Source: a virus (Duplodnaviria; Caudoviricetes). Taken from it: 56,228 nt of DNA. Where the stretch lies: the IMG/VR virus record IMGVR_UViG_3300026302_000007, positions 1-56,228 of that record. One strand, given 5' to 3'. The notes under the pieces were generated by a model. It saw only the letters and a list, made by a program, of their open reading frames with translations, was not told the origin of the DNA and searched no databases. The position numbers were made by a program, and so were the translations under genes. Positions 8,933-18,709 of this stretch are shown here, piece by piece (position 1 is the stretch's first letter; every line of letters begins with the position of its first letter).

Positions 8933-9652
8933 ATGCCACGTCAACTTGACTTAAACGGCTTCCGCGCAGGGAGTCCGCTTAAAATTTCGAATAAATCGGC
9001 CACTGAGGCCGAAATCATCATTTACGCTGGCATTGGTCAGGACTGGTGGGGTGACGGCTCGATGATCTCGGCCAAGAATTTCTTGGAGGAGCTTCGTAAG
9101 GTTCCCTCGTCGGTTGAGACCCTCAACGTCCGAATCAATTCTCCTGGCGGAGATGTTTTTGACGGCGTTGCAATTTACAATCTCCTCAAGCAACACAAAG
9201 CCAAGGTCATCGTCCACATCGACGGCCTTGCTGCGAGCATCGCCTCGATCATCGCGCTCGCGGGCGATGAAGTTCGCATGGGCGAAGGCGCTCTCTTCAT
9301 GATCCACCTCCCCTGGACATTTGCCTATGGCAACCGCATGGAGATGGACAACACCATCAATCGCTTGATGGACATCGAAGAGCAGATGCTCGGCATCTAC
9401 GTCAACAAAACCAAAATGTCGCGCGTAGAGCTTCGCGCAATGCTCGAGAAAGAAACCTGGATGAACGCCGATGAGGCCGTTGAAAAAGGTTTCGCCAACA
9501 GTAAAACGGAGCAGACAGTGGCCATTGCGGCCAGTGCAATGAAGTCTCCGTGGATTCACAAACGGCCTGAGAATTTTTTCTCTGACGTTCAGGCCAAGAC
9601 CCAAAAAATCGAAGACTTAAAAAACAAAATTTCTCAGAGACTAAAGAAGTGA
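8933..9652 (+). CDS. Prohead protease, ClpP-like
   Basis: INSPGGDVFDG, IDGLAASIAS (catalytic Ser), FMIH, ETWMNADEAVEKGFA. Confidence 0.95.
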   Translation: MPRQLDLNGFRAGSPLKISNKSATEAEIIIYAGIGQDWWGDGSMISAKNFLEELRKVPSSVETLNVRINSPGGDVFDGVAIYNLLKQHKAKVIVHIDGLAASIASIIALAGDEVRMGEGALFMIHLPWTFAYGNRMEMDNTINRLMDIEEQMLGIYVNKTKMSRVELRAMLEKETWMNADEAVEKGFANSKTEQTVAIAASAMKSPWIHKRPENFFSDVQAKTQKIEDLKNKISQRLKK

Positions 9653-10140
9653 TTTGGAAAGATTGGGCTCGGGACTCTCGCTATGAGGTCTCCGAAAACG
9701 GAAACGTAAGAAACAAAAGTACGGGCAGGGTCTTAAGGCCATTTGTGGACAGGAGAGGTGTAAATCTTTTTTCTTTTACCTACCAAGGAAGGGGAAGAAA
9801 GACTTGGAAAGCGCATAGGATTGTAGCGGAAGTTTTTATCGGAGTGAGTGACATGTATGTAAATCACAAAGATCTAAACCCGTCGAATAATCATTTTTCT
9901 AATTTAGAATATTGCACTCCTCTTGAAAACACCCGACACGCCCTGAGAAACGGAGTCGTGATGGGCGGGGGAATCGGAGAAAAGAACGGGAGTAACCGAT
10001 ACTCAGAAAAAGAAATGATCCAAGTTAGGAAATTGTTGAGACTTGGAGTTTCCCGTAGTGAAATTGCAAAGAGAACTGGAGTTCACCGAGACATGGTTCG
10101 ATTGGTGGACATAGGAAAAAATTGGACTCACTTAAAATAA
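9649..10140 (+). CDS. NUMOD4-HNH homing endonuclease with C-terminal HTH
   Basis: IWKD..YEVSENGNVRN (NUMOD4), AHRIVAEVF..VNHKDLNPSNNHFSNLEY (HNH), SRSEIAKRTGV. Confidence 0.9.
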   Translation: MIWKDWARDSRYEVSENGNVRNKSTGRVLRPFVDRRGVNLFSFTYQGRGRKTWKAHRIVAEVFIGVSDMYVNHKDLNPSNNHFSNLEYCTPLENTRHALRNGVVMGGGIGEKNGSNRYSEKEMIQVRKLLRLGVSRSEIAKRTGVHRDMVRLVDIGKNWTHLK

Positions 10141-10225
10141 CTATTCTTCAAGGCTGGCTCGCAAGTAAGCGCAGACTCCGGAAGAAGAACGTGGACACAC
10201 AACAACCATCTCGAAGGAGAAAGAT

Positions 10226-11506
10226 ATGACAATCGAACAAATCCGCGCTCGACTTAGCGAGATCTCCGCTTCGCTCGAAGGCATCAAAGCCAGCGACCAA
10301 GGCTACACTGACGAACAGTCTAGCCAAATCGACGAACTCAATGCTGAGTTCGAGTCTCTCAGCAAACAGCTTGAGACGGCTGAAAAAGTTGAGCAGATGA
10401 AAGCGAAAGCTTCTGCATCGGCTGGTCGCAAGACCACATCGGCCCCTCCCGCTGCCGGAACCCCCACACGCGTTGAAATGACCAACGACCGCTCGGCTCG
10501 CTTCGGCGGATTTGAGTCGTCGAGCGCATGGCTGATGGCCGTGAAAAAAGCCGGTCAAACTGGCGAGATCGACAAACGCTTCTCGAACTACATGAAAGAG
10601 TCTGTCGGTGAAGACGGCGGTTTCTTGGTTCCCGAAGAGATCTCGGCAGCTATCTTGAAAAAGATGGATGGCGATGATTCTCTCATGCCCCGCACCAACG
10701 TCATCCAGGTCAGCGGCAACAACATGACCATCAACGTGGATGAGACCCAGCCCTGGAACGGCGGCATCCAAGCTTATTGGACTGCTGAAGGTGCTCAAAT
10801 CGTTGAGTCGAAACCTTCGTTCAAACAAGCTTCATGGCGTCTTCAGAAGCTCGCTGCGCTTGTAAAAGCGACAGACGAACTTCTCGACGATGCGACGGCT
10901 CTCGAGTCGTACATCATGGGCGCGGCTCCTACCGCCATCGTTCACCAAGTGAACAAAGCAATTTTGACTGGTAACGGCGTTGGTAAGCCTCACGGCATCA
11001 TCAACTCGCCCTTCACAGTTGCAGTTCAGGCCGAAGGCGGCCAGGCGGCGGACACAGTTGTGGCAGCGAACGTACTGAAAATGTACTCTCGCATGTTCCC
11101 CAACTCGCGCTCGAACGCGACTTGGTTCATCAACCCCATGGTTGAAGAACAACTCCGCGTGATGAAAGATGGCAACGGAAACTACATTTATTTGGCTCCC
11201 GGTAGCCAGATGAATCAAACACCCTACGCGACCCTGTTGGGCCGCCCGGTTGTTCCGATGATGGGTGGAATGCCCGCATTGGGTGATGTCGGTGACATCT
11301 TGTTCGCGGATTTGTCGTACTACTACATGATCCGCAAAGCTGCGGGCGTGAAGTCGGCGACTTCGATCCACCTTCACTTCGACCGCGAGATCACTTCGTT
11401 CCGCTTCTCGCTGCGTCTTGATGGTAAATGTCCGTACACTGCACCTGTTAAAACAGAGTACGGTGACTACGAGATGTCTGCCTTCGTTCAACTCCAGTCT
11501 CGATAA
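10226..11506 (+). CDS. Major capsid protein, HK97 fold
   Basis: N-terminal coiled-coil delta domain, DGGFLVPEE, AYWTAEG, ELLDDA, GNGVGKPHGI, TLLGRPV, R.DG. Confidence 0.95.
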   Translation: MTIEQIRARLSEISASLEGIKASDQGYTDEQSSQIDELNAEFESLSKQLETAEKVEQMKAKASASAGRKTTSAPPAAGTPTRVEMTNDRSARFGGFESSSAWLMAVKKAGQTGEIDKRFSNYMKESVGEDGGFLVPEEISAAILKKMDGDDSLMPRTNVIQVSGNNMTINVDETQPWNGGIQAYWTAEGAQIVESKPSFKQASWRLQKLAALVKATDELLDDATALESYIMGAAPTAIVHQVNKAILTGNGVGKPHGIINSPFTVAVQAEGGQAADTVVAANVLKMYSRMFPNSRSNATWFINPMVEEQLRVMKDGNGNYIYLAPGSQMNQTPYATLLGRPVVPMMGGMPALGDVGDILFADLSYYYMIRKAAGVKSATSIHLHFDREITSFRFSLRLDGKCPYTAPVKTEYGDYEMSAFVQLQSR

Positions 11507-11517
11507 ACCGGAGAAGT

Positions 11518-11550
11518 GGCCTGATGTTCGGACTGAGCATCGGGCCTCTT
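11518..11550 (+). terminator. Stem-loop after capsid gene (weak terminator or mRNA stabiliser)
   Basis: GGCCTGATGTTC/GAGCATCGGGCC 12-bp stem with G-U pairs, followed by TCTT. Confidence 0.5.
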
Positions 11551-11611
11551 AAAAGAAAATCGGTCCAGATACCAAACACCAAAAACAAAAATCCTCACTA
11601 GGAGTAAAAAC

Positions 11612-12091
11612 ATGGAAGCTTTCTTGATGGAAAAAGCGACAGTAAAAGTTGTCGGCGGTCCTGTTGATTTCAACGACGCTGCAATCACTGGCGCTCGCGT
11701 AGATATGCGCAACCTGGAACGAGTGACATTCCTCGTTCTCATGGCTGCTGGAACAACAACCACAACTCACGGGTTCACCCTGAAGCAGCACGACGCGGCC
11801 TCTTCTGGCAACTCGTATGATCTTTCGGTAGACAATCCCTATTTCCACAAAATCGGGGCTGCTACGAAGTTCACCAAAGTTCAGCCGGATGCTGCCGCTG
11901 CCGCCTACGATCTTCACTCGATCCTGGCAAACAGTGCCGCAATCGTTGCGTTCGAAGTTCTCCCTGAGCAACTTCGCTCGGATTGCCGCTGGGTATCGTT
12001 GAACGTAGCTGACGCGGGCGGCGCCCAACTCGGCACAGTTCTCGCGGTAGGCCACACTGAGTTCAACCCTGGTTACAACGAAGTCGTTTAA
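11612..12091 (+). CDS. Probable head decoration / capsid-associated protein
   Basis: Directly after the capsid gene; AGGAG SD; beta-rich (TGARVDMRN...CRWVSLNVAD). Confidence 0.55.
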   Translation: MEAFLMEKATVKVVGGPVDFNDAAITGARVDMRNLERVTFLVLMAAGTTTTTHGFTLKQHDAASSGNSYDLSVDNPYFHKIGAATKFTKVQPDAAAAAYDLHSILANSAAIVAFEVLPEQLRSDCRWVSLNVADAGGAQLGTVLAVGHTEFNPGYNEVV

Positions 12092-12128
12092 TACCAGATT
12101 TGGCGGCCAACCAATGTTGACAGCCATT

Positions 12129-12156
12129 ACGGGGGCCGCGAGCCCCCGTTTCTTTT
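12129..12156 (+). terminator. Rho-independent terminator
   Basis: ACGGGGGC-cgcga-GCCCCCGT followed by TTCTTTT. Confidence 0.85.
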
Positions 12157-12188
12157 AGTGCCAACAACCCCAACCCAAGGAGAAGAAA

Positions 12189-12575
12189 GTGGCCAAGCAC
12201 ACCCACAAGACAGAACACAAAGCCAAAGACAGCCATGAGCCCCGCAAAGAAGCGGCGAAAAAAGAAGAGCCCACGGCAACTGCGGCGAAAAAAGAGAAAG
12301 TCAAAACTGACAAAGACGGCGAAGTTGTTGTCAAGATGAAGTTCTCATCGACTCAGTTCTACCGCGATCCCGATGTTCCGATCTTCAACGCCGGAGAAGT
12401 CTACGAGGTCAAAGGCGCCGAGTGGATCAATCGCTGGTTGAAGCGCGGCGGTGAAATCGTCGAGGGCGCTCTTCCTATTGAAACTGACAACGAAATGAAG
12501 CCTAGTTCCATCTCGAAGGTTGCAGACGGCTCTGAAACCAAAGAAGATGGCAAAGAAAACGAAGCTTTAGTGTAA
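12189..12575 (+). CDS. Hypothetical head-module protein
   Basis: AAGGAG SD; K/E-rich N-terminus; core AGEVYEV...INRWLKRGG. Confidence 0.7.
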   Translation: MAKHTHKTEHKAKDSHEPRKEAAKKEEPTATAAKKEKVKTDKDGEVVVKMKFSSTQFYRDPDVPIFNAGEVYEVKGAEWINRWLKRGGEIVEGALPIETDNEMKPSSISKVADGSETKEDGKENEALV

Positions 12576-12593
12576 TTTAGGTCGGGGGCTACA

Positions 12594-13880
12594 ATGGGAA
12601 TCTTCAGAGACATTTGGGCACGAATTACAACAACTGGTAAATACATCGTTAGCCCCCGCCGTTCTTTCTGGATGCGAGGGGGAACCCTCGTAAACGAAGA
12701 AAGTGCCATGCAGGTCGCGGCCTTCAATCGCGGCCTGATTTACATCTCCACCCAGATCGCAAAACTTCCGTGGGATTTGAAAGACGCTCGCTTCAACATC
12801 ATCAAGGGGAAGAAATCAGATCTTCTGAATCTGGCCCCGAACAGCGAGATGAATTCTTTTATGTGGCGCCTTGTGATGGTCCAACAGGCCATCATCCACG
12901 GAAACTCTTTTTCTGAAATCGAACGATCAGGAGACGGCCAAGCCGTTGCCCTGTGGCCACTTGAGTCCCAGCGAATGCAACTCCTTCGGACGGATCGGGG
13001 CGAACTTGTTTACGCCTACAGCGATCCGACCAAAGGAACGATCTATCTTCCGCCCCGGGACGTTTACCATCTCCGTAATTTTCATACCAAGGATGGGCTC
13101 GTGGGCCAGGGAGTGGCCTCTTATGGTCGAGAAGTTTTGGGAATTCAAATCGCTGCCGACAACATGGCGGCGGGATTGTTCCACAACTCTGGGATCCCCA
13201 GCGGGGTTTTGAAACACCCATCGAAACTTTCTGACGAGGCCTACAAGCGACTCAAATCTTCTTGGGGCGAAGAAAATGGCGGGAAAAAATCGGGATCGAC
13301 ATCCATCCTTGAAGAGGGAATGGACTACGTTCCGATGAACATCAATCCAGACGTTCTTCAGTTCCTCGAGTCTCGTCAGTTCGGCGTTCTTGAGATCGCG
13401 CGTTTCCTCGGCGTTCCGCCGACCAAACTTTTTGACGTGACGGCCTCGACCTATTCGAACGTCGAGCAGTCCAACTTGGAAGTTGCGACCGATACTCTCG
13501 ACTCTTGGGCTACCAACCTTGAGCAAGAAGCCGACATCAAAATTCTCAACTACCGATACGGAGGATTGTTCACTGACATTGATCTGTACTCAATTTTCCG
13601 TGGCGACATGAAAACTCGTTCAGACTATTTCAAGACCATGATGTCGGTTTCGGCGATGACTCCAAATCAAATTCGCGCGCGCGAGGGCCTCCCAGGCTAT
13701 GGTCCTAAGGGAGACACCTACTACGTGGCGACCAACAACTACACGCCGGTCGATCGCATGGATGAGATTATTGACGCGGACATCACGCAGAAGACAAAAT
13801 CAAATACGCCCGCTGCTCCCACGGAGAAAAAGCCGACTCCACTTGAGGAAGCTGCGGCCAAGTATCTGTTAGAGAAATAG
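12594..13880 (+). CDS. Portal protein (HK97 family)
   Basis: LLNLAPN.EM, HGNSF..IER, LWPL, V.HLRN..DGLVG, ILEEGM.Y, QFLESRQF..EIARFLGVPP, YSNVEQ, MTPNQIR. Confidence 0.97.
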   Translation: MGIFRDIWARITTTGKYIVSPRRSFWMRGGTLVNEESAMQVAAFNRGLIYISTQIAKLPWDLKDARFNIIKGKKSDLLNLAPNSEMNSFMWRLVMVQQAIIHGNSFSEIERSGDGQAVALWPLESQRMQLLRTDRGELVYAYSDPTKGTIYLPPRDVYHLRNFHTKDGLVGQGVASYGREVLGIQIAADNMAAGLFHNSGIPSGVLKHPSKLSDEAYKRLKSSWGEENGGKKSGSTSILEEGMDYVPMNINPDVLQFLESRQFGVLEIARFLGVPPTKLFDVTASTYSNVEQSNLEVATDTLDSWATNLEQEADIKILNYRYGGLFTDIDLYSIFRGDMKTRSDYFKTMMSVSAMTPNQIRAREGLPGYGPKGDTYYVATNNYTPVDRMDEIIDADITQKTKSNTPAAPTEKKPTPLEEAAAKYLLEK

Positions 13881-13888
13881 GAGCGTAG

Positions 13889-15718
13889 GTGGATCAAGAA
13901 GTCCTTCTGGCCCTTCTCTTAAAAAAATTCGAGGAGAAGCTAGAGAATACCGCCATGTCTGCGGGCCACGCTCATCGCGGCCCACGCGGACTTCGAGGAC
14001 CCCCCGGAGAACCCGGGAAGGACTTCGTATTTTCGGAGCATGAGGACAGACTCCGCGCCCTTGCCAAAGAATGCGCCATCAAATTTTCAGATCTCACTGT
14101 CGAGGAAATCAATTCCCTTCGCGGCGCCAAGGGCCGGGACGGGAAAGATGGCCGGGACGGGGCCGATGGTAAAGACTTTGTTTTTGAGGAACATAAGGCC
14201 GCTTTTGAGGAAATTGCGGCGAAATTCGCGCTAAAGTTTGAGGACTTCACTGCCGAGCAGATCGGCCTTCTCCGGGGACCTGCCGGGAAAGATGGCCGAA
14301 ATGGCCGGGATTTCAACGCCGAAGAGCACATGGACACTTTCCGCGCCCTCGCCAAAGAGGTCGCCCTCAAGTTCTCAGATCTCACCGCTGAGGAGATTTC
14401 AGAGCTACGCGGGCCGCGCGGGCGCGATGGCCGGGATGGGAAAGACGGGAAGGATTTTGTTGCGGAAGAGAACATGGATCTTTTCCGCGAACTTGCGCAA
14501 AATTCCGCGCTTCGTTTTGAGGACTTTAACGCAGAGCAAATTGAGGCCCTGCGCGGGCCGCGCGGGCGCGACGGACGCGATGGCCGGGACTTTGTCTTTG
14601 AGGAGCACCGGGAGTACTTTGACAGCCTGAAGCCCAAGTTTTCGGACTTCACCGCCGAGGAAGTCGAGACCCTGAAATTAAAATTCTCGAATCTGACGGA
14701 CGCGGAAAAAAGCGAATTGAAGCTCCGCTTCCAAGATTTGACAGAAGATGACAGAATTTCTATTCGGGGCGCCCGAGGTGCGCGGGGACAGCGGGGTAGT
14801 CAAGGGGTCAAGGGGGACATGGGAGACCGTGGTCCGCAAGGGCCTCGCGGCGCTCCCGGTTTACCAGGCATTCGAGGCCTGCGCGGTTTTTCCGGCAAAG
14901 ACGGGCAGAATGGCCGAGATGGCCGGGACGGCCAGGACGCGCCCTATATCACCAAAATTGAGGTCGATCAGTATCGAGGCGATGAGGCTGAGTTCATCTT
15001 CGAATTTTCTGATGGGTCGCGTCTAACAACCAACAAAGTGAAACTTCCGCGCCCCAATGTTTTCATCGGCGGAGGCGCAAGCGTTGGCTCTGGCTCTGGC
15101 GGCGGATCCGGGGAGGACGGGAAATCCGCGTATGAGATCGCCGTGGAGAACGGATTTGTTGGAACCGAGGCCGAGTGGCTTGAGTCTCTGAAAGGCGCTG
15201 ACGGCCCTCCAGGAGAAAAAGGCGACCAAGGCGACCAGGGCCTGCAAGGTCTCCAGGGCCCGCCCGGAACCGGCACGGCCCAGGTCCTCATGGATGTTCC
15301 GTGCGATGAAGATGTTTATGTTGGCGCCATCGTTCGTATGGCGAAAATCAACCAGACTGAGTCCTTCATGAGTGAGTGGACATATTTGAATTTCGTGACG
15401 AGCTTGGACTACAGCAATTACGAAACCATCGCCGTGAACTCGCTGGCGGTAGGATTTGTTGAGGCCGGAGCAACGGGAGTCGTGGTTTCCAAATCTTCGG
15501 ATACGACCTGCGACATCCAACTTGCGGGAGAAACGCCCGAGCTATTCCTGAGTCTTGATGTCACCCAGGACTATTTCTTGAGTTCCGTTTACCCAGGGAA
15601 AATTGTTTCCTCTCTTGAGGCGGGAATGGAGCCGGGTCCGTACAGTGTTTTGATTGGAAGATGCACATCTCAGAAAAAACTTTTCATCAACATTGGAGAA
15701 AGGATTTTAACAGTGTGA
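13889..15718 (+). CDS. Collagen-like repeat structural protein (probable head fibre)
   Basis: Gly-X-Y runs, five ~45-51 aa DFxxEEH...LKFxDxTxEEI..LRG repeats, GKSAYEIAVENGFVGTEAEWLESLKG motif. Confidence 0.75.
   Translation: MDQEVLLALLLKKFEEKLENTAMSAGHAHRGPRGLRGPPGEPGKDFVFSEHEDRLRALAKECAIKFSDLTVEEINSLRGAKGRDGKDGRDGADGKDFVFEEHKAAFEEIAAKFALKFEDFTAEQIGLLRGPAGKDGRNGRDFNAEEHMDTFRALAKEVALKFSDLTAEEISELRGPRGRDGRDGKDGKDFVAEENMDLFRELAQNSALRFEDFNAEQIEALRGPRGRDGRDGRDFVFEEHREYFDSLKPKFSDFTAEEVETLKLKFSNLTDAEKSELKLRFQDLTEDDRISIRGARGARGQRGSQGVKGDMGDRGPQGPRGAPGLPGIRGLRGFSGKDGQNGRDGRDGQDAPYITKIEVDQYRGDEAEFIFEFSDGSRLTTNKVKLPRPNVFIGGGASVGSGSGGGSGEDGKSAYEIAVENGFVGTEAEWLESLKGADGPPGEKGDQGDQGLQGLQGPPGTGTAQVLMDVPCDEDVYVGAIVRMAKINQTESFMSEWTYLNFVTSLDYSNYETIAVNSLAVGFVEAGATGVVVSKSSDTTCDIQLAGETPELFLSLDVTQDYFLSSVYPGKIVSSLEAGMEPGPYSVLIGRCTSQKKLFINIGERILTV
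14021..14770 (+). repeat. Intragenic tandem repeats (~135-153 bp units)
   Basis: Recurring GACTT(T/C)GT..TT.GAGGA.CA and GATGGCCGGGA(C/T) blocks encoding helix+collagen units. Confidence 0.85.
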
Positions 15719-16197
15719 AAACATCCGTAGTTGAAGTTCAAAAAAGATCTTTCCCAATTCGGATAAAAAAACTCCAAGAGCTTTTGAGCGCCAAATTTCC
15801 AACATATTCGTCAGTCAGTATTTTCCAGGATCACGTTCACTTGCATTTTGAGGGGGAGTATCCGCCAAAAGGCGTGCGGGCCTTCTATTACTCGATGCTT
15901 CCCGAGGAATTTGACCCGAGCCCAAAAGACCTTTACGCGCAACAACTGGACTCCTATCGGCGCAAGGGCTCTGCAATACTGGACCGGATTCAGTTTTTTA
16001 TTTTCGATTTGAAGATGACGGTGGGGCAAGAGAAGGCGATCTTTTTGGCGACTCGGAACATCCGAGAAGCCATTCAGTGCGGCCTTTTGAGCATCGCCAT
16101 CACTCTAATTGATGATATTCCAGAGGACTTGGTTCATTCTTTGGAGATCAAGAATTTCATCAGGGGCGAAATCGTCGATGCGACGAACGCCGAGTAA
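15715..16197 (+). CDS. Hypothetical protein
   Basis: GTGA overlap with the upstream stop. Confidence 0.6.
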   Translation: MKTSVVEVQKRSFPIRIKKLQELLSAKFPTYSSVSIFQDHVHLHFEGEYPPKGVRAFYYSMLPEEFDPSPKDLYAQQLDSYRRKGSAILDRIQFFIFDLKMTVGQEKAIFLATRNIREAIQCGLLSIAITLIDDIPEDLVHSLEIKNFIRGEIVDATNAE

Positions 16198-16203
16198 GGC
16201 AGG

Positions 16204-16845
16204 TTGAAAATGTTGGACACTTTGGCAAACGTAAAAGCACGTCTTGGAATCACCACTGGGGATTACGACAGTTTTCTCACCCAGCAAATTCAACTTATTT
16301 CCCAGGTCATTGAACGATACTGCCGCCGTAAATTCTTGGCGGCCACGTACATTCAAACCTTCTACTACGCGGACTACAGGCCCTCGAGCATGCTCGAGCT
16401 TTATCACTTTCCGCTGATTCAAGTATTGGACGTGGATCAGGGAGGACAGTATTTGGAAGAAAGTCTCTACCGCGCCCACAAGCCGACTGCACGCTTGGTG
16501 CGAAATGACGGCGGGCATTTCTTCTGGACAGATCCCACGACCGTCACATACCGAGCGGGGTATGAGACTTGCCCGATTCCGGTTCTCGCGGTTTTGGATG
16601 CGCTTGTCAGTGAGCGATACAACAAAAAAACAGCGGGCGTAGATCTGGACTTCGGGGCCAACGTCCAGCGCATCTCGATCCCGGGGGCGATCTCTTTGGA
16701 CTTTGACTACACCTTGACCAGCAATGAGAGATCATCGGCGTATGGAACGATCATTGGAAACTATGCCAACGTCTTGGATGATTGGCGTTCAGAGCGAGCA
16801 GTTCTTGGAACAAGCAAACTCGAATACGTGGAAGAGGTTCCGTAA
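16204..16845 (+). CDS. Head-tail connector (adaptor) protein
   Basis: TLANVKARLGI..DYDSFL..I..IERYCRRKF, VTYRAGY..PI.V pattern of phiE125 gp8-like adaptors. Confidence 0.85.
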   Translation: MKMLDTLANVKARLGITTGDYDSFLTQQIQLISQVIERYCRRKFLAATYIQTFYYADYRPSSMLELYHFPLIQVLDVDQGGQYLEESLYRAHKPTARLVRNDGGHFFWTDPTTVTYRAGYETCPIPVLAVLDALVSERYNKKTAGVDLDFGANVQRISIPGAISLDFDYTLTSNERSSAYGTIIGNYANVLDDWRSERAVLGTSKLEYVEEVP

Positions 16846-17441
16846 TGCTCAAGACAGCTTTCAACGCTCTTACTCGCCTTCACTCAAAACCGGCCATGCT
16901 GAAAAGGCTTGGCCCGGTTGTTAAATTCAGCCCAGTGAGACTAACCCCCTCGAACTATTTCCGGTTTCTCGCCGGTCCAGAGTACACCAAAATCCCAGGA
17001 TATGAGTTTGTCATTCCGGTGGACTCTATCTTGGGGGAGTTCGCCCAAAGGATTTCTTTTGTGAGCGCCCCGACCGTGGGAGTTTTTCGAATTAAGTTCG
17101 GAGCAAACTCCACAACAGATCTCGCCTACAATGTGAGCGCGGCGGACATGCAGGTCGCTATTCGTCTTTTACCCGGAATGAACAACGTTCTGGTGACTGG
17201 AAATTTTTCTACTGGCTTTATCATTACTTTCGCGGGACAAGACTCGGCCCCAGCGTTGGGACAAATTACGAACTCGACTCTTGATATTGCCGGGACTTTT
17301 TCCCACACGTTTAGCCCATGGGGAGATCTCAAAAAGGGAGATCGGCTCGTCATGGGCTCAACGAATTTGGCCATTGATGAAATCATCTTTATGTATGATC
17401 TCGGCGCGAGCGTGATGGGATACCGAGTACGCTGCGACTAA
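16845..17441 (+). CDS. Probable head-closure protein with an inserted module
   Basis: Position after the adaptor; C-terminal LKKGDRL...GYRVRC. Confidence 0.55.
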   Translation: MLKTAFNALTRLHSKPAMLKRLGPVVKFSPVRLTPSNYFRFLAGPEYTKIPGYEFVIPVDSILGEFAQRISFVSAPTVGVFRIKFGANSTTDLAYNVSAADMQVAIRLLPGMNNVLVTGNFSTGFIITFAGQDSAPALGQITNSTLDIAGTFSHTFSPWGDLKKGDRLVMGSTNLAIDEIIFMYDLGASVMGYRVRCD

Positions 17442-17453
17442 CGAGGAGGGATC

Positions 17454-18239
17454 TTGGCGGATATTTTTGAGGTCTCATATTCTGTCACAGAAAACGGGAA
17501 AAAGCGCCGGGAGTTCACTCTTGAGACCGACATCAACGGTGAGGTTTCTCTAAAAGACTTTCTTGATTTCACCAAATCATCTCTCATCGTCATCGCGGAT
17601 GCGGCCCTCAAGGATGAACAGGCGAACGGATTCGACAAAGAGCCGATCATGTTGGTGGACGGGCGCCGAAGTAAAAACCCGCAGCAAGTCCATCCGCTTG
17701 GTAGTTTCGAGTTCATTGCTCGTCAGTCTTTGGGAGAAATTGTTCTTGAGACTTACGAGGCCCTTCTCTACCGCTCGAAAGTAAAAACCGGAACCTACAA
17801 ATCTTCTCACTACGTTTTTTTGAACGGAACCCAAGTGGCCACGGATGAAGAGTCTTTAAAAACTTGGCTCGACACCAATCCCACATTCAAAGAAACTGAC
17901 CGGGTTCGCATCGTGAACATCCAGCCCTACGCAAGAAGGCTCGAGCTTCTTGGAGTCACTGCACAAAGGTCCAACAAAAGAACAGAAGACAGGGGACGCC
18001 GGAAGAAAAAGGTCACTGGGATCGAAGTGAAGGTTCCGAATGGAACTTACTCATTGACGGTTCGGGCCATGAAATCGAAGTATAAGAACAACGTCAAAAT
18101 CCGTTTCACCTTCTTGCAGGGATCTCAGCTTGGTCTCTCTGGAGTGTTCAAAGGCGGAAGAAAGGGAAAGAACTCCGCAGGCAGGCCGTACCTGTATCCA
18201 AGCATCGTTTTCGATGTCGGCGCTCGCGGAATTCTGTAG
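17454..18239 (+). CDS. Neck/tail-completion protein (HK97 gp10-like)
   Basis: VKTGTYKSSH, N.QPYARRLE, basic C-terminus; gene position. Confidence 0.6.
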   Translation: MADIFEVSYSVTENGKKRREFTLETDINGEVSLKDFLDFTKSSLIVIADAALKDEQANGFDKEPIMLVDGRRSKNPQQVHPLGSFEFIARQSLGEIVLETYEALLYRSKVKTGTYKSSHYVFLNGTQVATDEESLKTWLDTNPTFKETDRVRIVNIQPYARRLELLGVTAQRSNKRTEDRGRRKKKVTGIEVKVPNGTYSLTVRAMKSKYKNNVKIRFTFLQGSQLGLSGVFKGGRKGKNSAGRPYLYPSIVFDVGARGIL

Positions 18240-18245
18240 GTCGCT

Positions 18246-18695
18246 ATGTCCAGTCTTGCTGTCAGAAATCTCGTCCGTAATTTTTTGGCCGACAAATCCA
18301 CGGAAAACGTCGTGGACCTCACCGGCCATTTTGAAGATCTGCGCGTGCTTCTTAACGAAGAGGGAATCCAGCCTGACGCCCCGTGGCTCGGCCTGGAATT
18401 TATCGGGGACGATGAGCTTCCCGTGTCACTGGCCGCGACCAATGACCAGGGTCTTTACCGAGAGGTGGGCTCCATTGTCCTTCACGTTTGCACCATGGGC
18501 GCCATTGGTTGCGGGTACGATCTTGAAAATCGCGGAGAAGTGTTGCGAGATTTATTTCGTGGTGAGAGGATTGGGGGCGTAGTCATTGAAAGTGTGAGCC
18601 CCATCCGCACCGGACCAGGCGCTACCCTCGAATTTGAAGGCGGGTATGTGTCGGGGTCCATCACGGTTGGTTATTATTACGACAAAGTATTCTAG
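18246..18695 (+). CDS. Tail terminator protein
   Basis: APWL..., YRE.G.I.LHV, L.DLFRG; immediately before the tail tube gene. Confidence 0.65.
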   Translation: MSSLAVRNLVRNFLADKSTENVVDLTGHFEDLRVLLNEEGIQPDAPWLGLEFIGDDELPVSLAATNDQGLYREVGSIVLHVCTMGAIGCGYDLENRGEVLRDLFRGERIGGVVIESVSPIRTGPGATLEFEGGYVSGSITVGYYYDKVF

Positions 18696-18709
18696 CAAGG
18701 AGAAGCATC

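Noticed and set aside
8951-11491. Long antisense ORFs (217, 226 and 219 aa) opposite the protease and capsid genes, and similar ones elsewhere
   Set aside because: Shadow frames produced by codon bias of the highly expressed sense genes; no SD or recognisable motifs
13970-14940. CRISPR-like periodic repeats
   Set aside because: The repeats are degenerate, in frame and encode protein repeats; no cas genes
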